From: Candidatus Omnitrophota bacterium
Lineage (GTDB): Bacteria; Omnitrophota; Gorgyraeia; Duberdicusellales; 4484-171
Assembly (NCBI GenBank): GCA_020343695.1
Contig: CP070807.1
Coordinates: 1,320,252 to 1,364,655 of the forward strand
Direction: 5' to 3'
Length of the DNA stretch: 44,404 nt
Shown here piece after piece: positions 18,088-25,592 of this stretch. Both the position numbers and the translations under genes were made by a program. Below the pieces are notes generated by a model. The model saw only the letters and a program-made list of their open reading frames with translations. It was not told where the DNA came from and made no database searches. The first letter of the stretch is position 1. Each line of letters opens with the position of its first letter.

Positions 18088-19388
18088 GAATAATTACTTT
18101 ACAGAGTAGAATTATTATACTTCTTACGATATTTGCTATCGTCACGATAGGAATTTTTGTCACTATTCAACTTGCTCATGAGCTTGATGCTATAGATGGC
18201 TATATAGGGTATAAGTCAAAGAACGACGCTTTAATTATCGAGAAAGAGTTCAGTGAGATTTTAGGGTTATCACTCCCCGAAGAGGAGAAAATAGGTCTTT
18301 TAGGAAAAGGGTTAGGAGCATTAAAAAGATCCCAATCAATTCAGAAAGGGTATATTTTTGACCGGCGAGGAAAAATTGTGGTATCGACAGAAAGCTGGGC
18401 TCTTCAAGAGAAGGGAGATTATGATGATTTTGATGTACTTGCTAAATTGAATCAAGGTGAATCTGTGAGGGGCCAATCGACAATTGACAAATCATCTAAA
18501 ATCCTCTCTCTCTATGTGCCTCTTAAAGAAAAAGGAGATGTGCGTTTTATCGTGAGATTATTTTTCCCTCTGGCAGATATCTGGAAGGCTTTAGCAGGAG
18601 TATATCACCCAGCAATGTTTGTAGGCGCCTTGATTATCATCGTGAATATTTGCTTAGGAGTTTTTCTTGCCCGTTTGATCATAGGACCTATTCGCGTATT
18701 CAATGAAGCAGCAAAGACCATTGCCTCAGGTCGCCTTGATCTACGAATACACATCTCAACGAGCGATGAGCTGGAAGAATTGGCAGGTACGTTTAATTTT
18801 ATGACGAAAGAATTAGTGCGGATGAGAGATCGTGCCGAGAATGCGAACCCTCTCACAAAACTTCCTGGTAATATCTTGATCATGGAGGAAGTAGAGAGGA
18901 AAATTGAAGAGGATAAAAAATTTACGGTCATCTATAGTGATTTAGATAATTTTAAGGCATTTAATGATAAATATGGAATTCACAAAGGCGATGAGGCGAT
19001 ACAGTTGACAAGCCAAATATTGAAAGAGGCACTAAAGGTGAAAGGCAACCCTGAAGATTTTGTTGGTCATGAAGGGGGCGATGACTTTCTTTTGCTTACC
19101 ACACCTGGATGTGCACACCCCATAGCAGAGCATATCATTTCTGAATTTGATAGCCGCATACGTTCTCTCTACGATGACGAGGATTTAACCAGAGGCTATA
19201 TTATCGCTCATGCTCGAGACGGCTCAGTACAACATTTTGCAATAATGACGATATCATTGATAGGCGTAACAAATCAGCACCGAGTTATTAGAAACTACGC
19301 AGAGGTTACGAATATCGCCGCTGAAGTAAAGAAGAAAGCAAAAAAAGAAGAAGTCAGTTGTTTTGTAGTGGACAGGAGGAAAGAGTGA
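18084..19388 (+). CDS. Membrane sensor with HAMP and GGDEF-family domains (variant GGDDF motif); putative diguanylate cyclase
   Basis: Two TM segments (about residues 8-30 and 175-200) flank an extracytoplasmic domain of about 145 aa. HAMP region: PIRVFNEAAKTIASGRLDL...ELAGTFNFMTKEL. GGDEF-type core: LTKLPGN, YSDLDNFKAFNDKYGIHKGDEAI, VGHEGGDDFLLL (GGDDF at nt 19074-19088). ATGA overlap with the upstream gene. Confidence 0.8.
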   Translation: MRIITLQSRIIILLTIFAIVTIGIFVTIQLAHELDAIDGYIGYKSKNDALIIEKEFSEILGLSLPEEEKIGLLGKGLGALKRSQSIQKGYIFDRRGKIVVSTESWALQEKGDYDDFDVLAKLNQGESVRGQSTIDKSSKILSLYVPLKEKGDVRFIVRLFFPLADIWKALAGVYHPAMFVGALIIIVNICLGVFLARLIIGPIRVFNEAAKTIASGRLDLRIHISTSDELEELAGTFNFMTKELVRMRDRAENANPLTKLPGNILIMEEVERKIEEDKKFTVIYSDLDNFKAFNDKYGIHKGDEAIQLTSQILKEALKVKGNPEDFVGHEGGDDFLLLTTPGCAHPIAEHIISEFDSRIRSLYDDEDLTRGYIIAHARDGSVQHFAIMTISLIGVTNQHRVIRNYAEVTNIAAEVKKKAKKEEVSCFVVDRRKE

Positions 19389-19631
19389 TTAGAGATCAAA
19401 GCCTTGGAAAGGCGGTATGGGTCCTGTAAGAACAAAGTCTGTGAAAAACTTAGCCCTCTCATCGTATTGTTCTTCTTCTCCATAGAGGGGAACTATGGGG
19501 GAGGCGGGTAGAAGGGTATCCCCGGCTTTTCTAGGCTTTTGACTGTATATGCGAAAATCGCCTGAGATAAAGCATTGTGCGACCAGAAAGAGGATCCCTA
19601 CACATATAAGAATAATGATTTTTCTCTTCAT
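19389..19631 (-). CDS. Small secreted hypothetical protein (80 aa)
   Basis: The only minus-strand ORF I accept. It has an N-terminal signal-like segment, MKRKIIILICVGILFLVAQCF, and a plausible SD (GGAGGAAAC) upstream of the ATG on the minus strand. No recognisable domain. Its stop codon directly abuts the stop of the GGDEF gene. Confidence 0.4.
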   Translation of the reverse strand: MKRKIIILICVGILFLVAQCFISGDFRIYSQKPRKAGDTLLPASPIVPLYGEEEQYDERAKFFTDFVLTGPIPPFQGFDL

Positions 19632-19674
19632 GTTTCCTCCAGTTTAAGTCTACCATAAAAAGTCTCGCAAGTCA

Positions 19675-20115
19675 ATGTTATACAACATATTAGTTTACAG
19701 AGACTTAGGAATGAAAATCCTTGCGGCATTCTATCTTTTCCTCATCCTTCTCTATGCCCTGCCTCTGTTTATTTTTTCGACACGCCTTGTTGTGTTGGGC
19801 AAATATATCTGGGGTTTTCTTGCCGTAATGACATACGCATTTTTCTTAGTCTTTTTCTTCTGTCTCTTCAGGGCTATAAGGAGCCCTAATACGGAGGGAT
19901 TTTTGATGTTGCAGACCTTTCATATTTTTTTCTTGTTGAACAGCCTTCTTCTCGTCTTCGACCACACACCTATTTTCGCGATAGAGGGTGCGCAACCAGT
20001 GATGATTGGACGCCTCAAAAGAACAATTGTTATAATGAGCGCCCTCATAAACAGTATTATTCTTTTTTATGTATTTTACAAGAGAAGTTATTTTATTGAC
20101 AATGAAAGAAAATGA
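19675..20115 (+). CDS. Hypothetical integral membrane protein (about 4 TM)
   Basis: Hydrophobic throughout (ILAAFYLFLILLYALPLFIF.., FLAVMTYAFFLVFFFCLF.., FHIFFLLNSLLLVF.., VIMSALINSIILFYVF). Start uncertain: 19675 or the ATG at 19711. Confidence 0.45.
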   Translation: MLYNILVYRDLGMKILAAFYLFLILLYALPLFIFSTRLVVLGKYIWGFLAVMTYAFFLVFFFCLFRAIRSPNTEGFLMLQTFHIFFLLNSLLLVFDHTPIFAIEGAQPVMIGRLKRTIVIMSALINSIILFYVFYKRSYFIDNERK

Positions 20116-20133
20116 AATTATAGTGAATAGTAG

Positions 20134-21972
20134 ATGTTGAAAAAAATATCTCTTAAAACCATTTTGCCTTTAATCATCTCTATTGTGGGGGCAATTATCT
20201 TCTTTTTAAGCTATAACCAATATCTGCTCGATAAATCCTTAGCTAACCTCAAGATATCTCTCAAAACATTAGAGACCGTGGAGCAGCTCGATGAGACAAA
20301 GAAGATAAAGGATATTCTCTACGAGTCGTTCCTTACTGAAATGACGAGTAAAGATTTAGATATTGCATCTCTTTCGAAAGTCGAATTTTCTAATCAACTT
20401 GTTGACCAAATTTCTCAAAGCAGCCAATTGGAAGATCTAAAATCTCTTCTCGCAGACACGATCAAAGCAAAGGAGAAGAAGAGAAACCCTCTTTTTGTAA
20501 TGCTCGACAACCTTTTTATACGCCTTAATCCTCAAAAGAGAGAAGAGAGTGCGAGAAGCTTAAAGACTGCAATAGCGCAATTAGAGAGGAAGTTGTACTT
20601 ATACCAAGGGAGCCAATTACAAGAAAAGCATTTAGAAATCGCCCGGCTGTATACCCGTCTTAAAGATTGGGATAGGGCCTTTGAACATCTCAAAAATACA
20701 ATAAGCATAGATTCCCGATCGCAGCCTGCGATCACAGCAAAGATGTATGCAGGATTAATACATAAAACAAGAGGGAACTATTCACGGGCGCAAGAGATAT
20801 TTAGTGAAATCCAAGAAGAACTACCTCAAGATTTACGTTCCTTCTCTCTCTATCAAGAAGGAGATTCTCTCTATAGAATGGGCAAGGCCGAAGACGCTGC
20901 CAAGGTATTTAAAGAAGTGTTTGAACAGCAGCCGGATTCAGAACTCAATCAACTTTCTCAATTACGTGTTGGATATACCTATCTGTATGATATAGGTGAT
21001 GAACAAAAAGCTTTTGATGCTTTTACGAAACTACAGGAGTTAGCGCCAGAAGCTCGATGGAATGTTCACGTCGATGATAATATTCTTCCTGTCACAGCTG
21101 AAAAGTCTAAGGAGGAGTGTTTTGAATTGCTCGAGGAAGGGTATCAGCTTTCAGAGGAAGCAAAAGAGGCAGAGGCTGAAGTCAAATACAGCGAGGCTTT
21201 AGAGCAGTGTGAAGCGGCTGAGAAGTATTGTCCTCCCGAGCGAAACGATGTGGTTGTGTACTCAATTGCAAAAAAATATAGAGAAGTCGGATATAGATTT
21301 CTTGAGGAAGCATATCGGCTCACACAGAGAGGTAAAGACGAAGACGCCGAAGTACGATATGTAAACGCTTTAAAACAATTTGAGTCAGCGATACGATTCT
21401 ACCCTCTAGAAGCTCTTTCCTACAGCGGAAAGGGGTTGGCACTGTCCTTTTTGGCGAACGATGAGGAGGCTGTGAAAGAAGCGGCGAAAGCGGTAAAAAT
21501 TGCTCCTACCAATGCAGCGGCATTGGCAAACTTAGGATTCGTTTATTATAGAATGGGGCTGTTAGATGAGGCAATTTCCGAATATGTCAAAGCCACCATG
21601 GTTTCTCCTGAATCCGCACTCCTTCAGTATAATTTAGGCACTCTCTATACAGTCAGGGGGAACCTCTCTAAGGCAATCTTTCATTTAGAGAAAACAACGC
21701 AGCTTAATCCTCAATTTGCTTACGCATACAACAATTTAGGGTATATTCTCTGGCTTAAATTAGATTATAAAAGGGCCAAAATCCAGTTGAATAGGGCAAT
21801 TGGATTAAGATCTGGTTATATTGATGCGCACTATAACTTAGGTGTAGTGCTTTTTAGTTTAGGAAAATATGAAGAGTCGCGGAGGGAATTTTATATTGTG
21901 CATAGATTGCAACCGAATTATAAAAGAACCAATCTCTATTTAACCGAAATCAAGAAATTGGTAGGGCATTAA
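20134..21972 (+). CDS. Membrane-anchored TPR-repeat protein
   Basis: N-terminal TM (ILPLIISIVGAIIFFL). The C-terminal third has clear TPR units (ANLGFVYYRMGLLDEAISEYVKA, YNLGTLYTVRGNLSKAIFHLEKT, YNNLGYILWLKLDYKRAKIQLNRA, HYNLGVVLFSLGKYEESRREF). Confidence 0.75.
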   Translation: MLKKISLKTILPLIISIVGAIIFFLSYNQYLLDKSLANLKISLKTLETVEQLDETKKIKDILYESFLTEMTSKDLDIASLSKVEFSNQLVDQISQSSQLEDLKSLLADTIKAKEKKRNPLFVMLDNLFIRLNPQKREESARSLKTAIAQLERKLYLYQGSQLQEKHLEIARLYTRLKDWDRAFEHLKNTISIDSRSQPAITAKMYAGLIHKTRGNYSRAQEIFSEIQEELPQDLRSFSLYQEGDSLYRMGKAEDAAKVFKEVFEQQPDSELNQLSQLRVGYTYLYDIGDEQKAFDAFTKLQELAPEARWNVHVDDNILPVTAEKSKEECFELLEEGYQLSEEAKEAEAEVKYSEALEQCEAAEKYCPPERNDVVVYSIAKKYREVGYRFLEEAYRLTQRGKDEDAEVRYVNALKQFESAIRFYPLEALSYSGKGLALSFLANDEEAVKEAAKAVKIAPTNAAALANLGFVYYRMGLLDEAISEYVKATMVSPESALLQYNLGTLYTVRGNLSKAIFHLEKTTQLNPQFAYAYNNLGYILWLKLDYKRAKIQLNRAIGLRSGYIDAHYNLGVVLFSLGKYEESRREFYIVHRLQPNYKRTNLYLTEIKKLVGH

Positions 21973-22032
21973 TTTGATATGGTATTTTTTATTGGCTATT
22001 TGTAAACACTTTTAGCCTAACACACCATCGTT

Positions 22033-22602
22033 ATGTTGAGGAAATTGAGAAGGCTTTTCTTTAAAACAAGTCAAAAAGACAGACGAAAGTTTGTCCGTCT
22101 GAGAGCCCATCATCTTTTAAAGTATAGAGTCGTTGGGCAGCAAGAGTATCAACTTTCCTTTGCACGAAATATAAGTGCGGGGGGTCTGCTTTTCTACGCC
22201 CCGGAAGAAATTCCTACCCAAAGCATACTCGAAATAATAATCAATTTCCCTTCTTATCCAAAACCGATTAAAGTGCGTGCGAAGCCTGTGAGGGTACACC
22301 GATTAGAGAAGGTGGGAGGATATGAAATCGGCGTTGAATTTATTGAGATAGACGAAGCTACACGAAACTTCATAAATAGGAGAGTATTGAAAGCTTATAG
22401 TATGGCAAAAGGAGGTGGCGTAATGAATCTATTTGCGGTTACGTTTCTACTCTTAGCTGTTGCGGGAGGTATTATAGGTTTTATAGTGAGGTTTTGCGGG
22501 ATAAGCGTTGCTGTAGCGCCCTTAGGATGGATTAGCCTGACGAATATGTTTCTCTTGCTTTCCATTGCCATAAGTGTACTCATCATCGCTCACAAGAAGT
22601 GA
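22033..22602 (+). CDS. PilZ-domain c-di-GMP receptor fused to a C-terminal 2-TM module
   Basis: Both PilZ motifs are intact: RRKFVR (RRxxxR, nt 22081-22098) and NISAGG (N.S..G, nt 22168-22185). Residues 131-189 form two hydrophobic helices. Confidence 0.85.
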   Translation: MLRKLRRLFFKTSQKDRRKFVRLRAHHLLKYRVVGQQEYQLSFARNISAGGLLFYAPEEIPTQSILEIIINFPSYPKPIKVRAKPVRVHRLEKVGGYEIGVEFIEIDEATRNFINRRVLKAYSMAKGGGVMNLFAVTFLLLAVAGGIIGFIVRFCGISVAVAPLGWISLTNMFLLLSIAISVLIIAHKK

Positions 22603-22614
22603 GGAGGTGAAAGG

Positions 22615-22803
22615 ATGAAGAAGCTTTCTATGGGATTTCTCCTTTTGGGGGTTGTAGCTGCTCTGGGAGGGTTTATTGTGAGAATTTTTGATGTACATAT
22701 TCCAATAGCGCCTTTAGGTTGGATTGCAGTCACCAATACGCTCCTTTTATTCTCTATTGCTATCAACGTGCTGATAATTATTTACAGACAGGGGCGCTGT
22801 TAG
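22615..22803 (+). CDS. 2-TM microprotein (62 aa), paralogue of the PilZ protein C-terminus
   Basis: Strong SD (GAGGAGGTGA, 22601-22610). The sequence GGFIVRIFDVHIPIAPLGWIAVTNTLLLFSIAINVLII aligns with GGIIGFIVRFCGISVAVAPLGWISLTNMFLLLSIAISVLII of the preceding gene. Confidence 0.6.
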   Translation: MKKLSMGFLLLGVVAALGGFIVRIFDVHIPIAPLGWIAVTNTLLLFSIAINVLIIIYRQGRC

Positions 22804-22872
22804 CTCCAGATCATTCATCATCATTGCCAGCAGGCAGTTTGAGCAAAGGAGCGAATTAATGTGTATTAACGC

Positions 22873-24207
22873 GTGAGAGCAAAATATCGAGAGAGAACAA
22901 AGGTGAAAGCGAAGGTGCTCGTTACTGCTGTATGTGCACTGGGCGCAGTCTCGTTTTCCTGTTATGGCGATATATCGCGCGAGGATGTCATCTCTTTCCA
23001 TTTAGACTACTATGAGTTTAAGCACGAAGATAAAGAGGAGGAAGAGAGGGTGACAGAGGAGAGACAGGAGATGGAAAAAGAGAGAGCAAAGAAGAGCCAA
23101 GAGAGAAGAGAGAGAGTAAACGAGTTGCTAAAAAAGATTTCTGAAGATTTGTCTTTTTTTGTGAGTGTTGAGGCAGTCTACGATGATAATGCTTTTAAAA
23201 CTTCCGTCGATGAAGACGCAGAATTTTTTACGACTCTCGATTTCGTCCTCAATTATAACCCAGATTTATTTTGGAAACTCGGACATACGAAATTTTCTTT
23301 GAACTTTCAGGGGGGTCCAAACTTGAGCATTACGAATAATGAGCAGCTTAATAAAGCAATGTATCTTGTGAAAGGTGATGTGAGTCATGTGCGTGGAAAG
23401 TATGGGGCAAATGTATCCGGACAATTTAAAAAAGAATTCGTTCCTTTTGGCGACATCGGCGTAGGTGATGCGGCCGTGACCATCGACCGCTACATATATA
23501 CCTATGGGGCAAAGTTTTTTGCTGAATGGAAACGTTTCCCCTGGGATGTGGAGTATACCCACGAGGATGTAGAGCACGAAAGCGGAAGCAGCGATTCCGA
23601 TACCTCCAAAGATCGTTTTTCTTTCACAAACTATTTCGAGCTTTCGGCAAAAACACGCCTGCTTCTCTCACACGATTATGAAACTGTTGATTATCCCAAC
23701 AGGGACGAGGGTAATTCCAAAGGGCATACAACATGGGTGGGAATAAGGGGTGAGATTTCTCCGAAAATCGATGGGCTCATCCGAGGGGGCTATCAATTTA
23801 CGGAGATAGAAGAGGGTGATGAGACAGAGACTGAGACAGTAGAGATAGAATTGGATTATGATATGTCCCGTCGTCTCTCACACACGCTCCGCATAGGGAG
23901 AGCAACTACGGCGACACCATACAGTACAGAAACATGGACAGAGGGCAGTAGCTTTCTATTAACTTCGAGCTACCTGCCACCCATTACCAAGAGATTGCGA
24001 TTGGGCGCTCATATCGTTTTTGAACAAGATGATTTCTCATCAAATAGAGAAGATAGACTCTGGGGTGGTGGTGTGAGCGCAGAATACGCCCTCAAGAAAG
24101 ATATAAAATTTACGGGAAGATATCAGTTTCGAAAAAAAACCTCTACTGAGCCGGACGTAGAATATAAAAACAATATAATCACCTTGAGATTAACAAAGGA
24201 ATTTTAA
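22873..24207 (+). CDS. Putative outer-membrane beta-barrel protein associated with polysaccharide export
   Basis: Signal-like N-terminus (KAKVLVTAVCALGAVSFSC). A Glu/Lys-rich helical stretch is followed by about 330 aa of alternating-polarity beta-strand-like sequence, ending in the OMP-type terminal ...ITLRLTKEF (C-terminal Phe). Start ambiguous: GTG at 22873 or GTG at 22903. Confidence 0.55.
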   Translation: MRAKYRERTKVKAKVLVTAVCALGAVSFSCYGDISREDVISFHLDYYEFKHEDKEEEERVTEERQEMEKERAKKSQERRERVNELLKKISEDLSFFVSVEAVYDDNAFKTSVDEDAEFFTTLDFVLNYNPDLFWKLGHTKFSLNFQGGPNLSITNNEQLNKAMYLVKGDVSHVRGKYGANVSGQFKKEFVPFGDIGVGDAAVTIDRYIYTYGAKFFAEWKRFPWDVEYTHEDVEHESGSSDSDTSKDRFSFTNYFELSAKTRLLLSHDYETVDYPNRDEGNSKGHTTWVGIRGEISPKIDGLIRGGYQFTEIEEGDETETETVEIELDYDMSRRLSHTLRIGRATTATPYSTETWTEGSSFLLTSSYLPPITKRLRLGAHIVFEQDDFSSNREDRLWGGGVSAEYALKKDIKFTGRYQFRKKTSTEPDVEYKNNIITLRLTKEF

Positions 24208-25577
24208 TGAAGAAACTTTTATGTGTGTTATTGTTTTGTATTATCTGCCATAGCACTATCTACGCGCAAGAGGCAAGTGCCCTTGACCGGATTAAAGCCC
24301 ACGATGTCTTAAAGATTTCGGTAAAGGGAGAACCGGATTTGGGCACAACCCTCCAGGTATCTGAACGCAACGTGATAGACTATCCACTCCTCGGGGAGGT
24401 AAAAGTAGGAGGGTTGACTACCGGCCAGGCAGCACAGAAAATCGAAAGGCTCCTTAAAATGTATTATTTTCTGGATACAGAAGTGAGCATTCTTATTAGT
24501 TCCTCTCATAAAGAGAAGATTTCTGGTGAACCTGAAGTGTTTCAGGCTGAGGATCAAATTCCCCAATATGATGTTACTGAGATCCCTGTATATCGCATTA
24601 CTGCCTATGATACCCTGCAAATTTCTGTGTATGGAGAACCAGAGCTGGGCAGGACTGTCCAGGTGTCAGAGGGAGGCATTATACGGTATCCACTCCTCGG
24701 AGAAGTAGAGGTAGGAGGTTTAACTGCCGATGAGGCAGCAGATAAATTAGAAGAGCTTCTGCAGAAAGGCTATGTAGTCAATCCCCAGGTGAGTGTATTT
24801 ATAGAACAACACGGCAAAGTCTATGTGCTAGGAGCTGTAGCTGAGCCAGGTAGTTACGAGTTAAGAGGACCTCTCACGCTCCTCGATGTAATCGTGCTCG
24901 CAGGAGGACCAGAAGAGAATGCAAATCTGGCTACAATAAAGGTGATTCGCGTATATCATGAGGGGACAGAACCCGAGCATATAAAAGAGTATGTGCTCGA
25001 TTTAGAAGTTGAAGGAAAAGAGTTTTTCTTGAAACCTTTAGATAAGGTATTTGTAGACCAATACGGGGAGATTTTCGTTGTAGGCGCAGTCAACGAGGTG
25101 GGAAGCTATAAGCTTGAGAGAAGGGATTTAACCCCTCTTGATGCAATTGTGTTTTTAGCGGAAGGAGCAAAGGAAAACGCGAATTTAACTGCCGTCACAG
25201 TGGTGCGCCAGGAAAATGGTTTGCAGACGGAGTATATTTTAAATTTGGAAAATGAAAAAGAAAATAAGAATTTTCTCTTGCAAGAGGGAGATAGAATTCT
25301 TGTGAAAGAATACAAAAATATCGCTGTGTTTGGTCAGGTAAATACTCCAGGAAAGTACCCTTTTCGCAAGGGCCTAACGGTCATTGATGCAATAAGTGAA
25401 GCGGGAGGGTTTACCGACGTCGCGAATCAGAACGGAGTGAGGGTGGTACGAGAGGGGGGCAAGGAAAAAAGGGTTATAAGAGTACCCGTGGGCCACATTC
25501 TTAAAACGGGGGATAAGGCTCGAGACATTGAATTGGAAGAAGGAGATACAGTTGTCGTACCTGAAAGTTGGTTCTAA
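24207..25577 (+). CDS. Outer-membrane polysaccharide export (OPX, Wza-like) protein with 2 Poly_export-like and 3 SLBB-like repeats
   Basis: Signal peptide MKKLLCVLLFCIICHSTIYA. Two copies of the D.L.ISV.GEP.L......VSE.G.I.YPLLGEV.VGGLT..EAA.K.E pattern. Three copies of the V.V.G.V..PG.Y.......T..DAI..AGG...NA pattern. Confidence 0.9.
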   Translation: MKKLLCVLLFCIICHSTIYAQEASALDRIKAHDVLKISVKGEPDLGTTLQVSERNVIDYPLLGEVKVGGLTTGQAAQKIERLLKMYYFLDTEVSILISSSHKEKISGEPEVFQAEDQIPQYDVTEIPVYRITAYDTLQISVYGEPELGRTVQVSEGGIIRYPLLGEVEVGGLTADEAADKLEELLQKGYVVNPQVSVFIEQHGKVYVLGAVAEPGSYELRGPLTLLDVIVLAGGPEENANLATIKVIRVYHEGTEPEHIKEYVLDLEVEGKEFFLKPLDKVFVDQYGEIFVVGAVNEVGSYKLERRDLTPLDAIVFLAEGAKENANLTAVTVVRQENGLQTEYILNLENEKENKNFLLQEGDRILVKEYKNIAVFGQVNTPGKYPFRKGLTVIDAISEAGGFTDVANQNGVRVVREGGKEKRVIRVPVGHILKTGDKARDIELEEGDTVVVPESWF

Positions 25578-25592
25578 TCTAGAGTTTATAAA

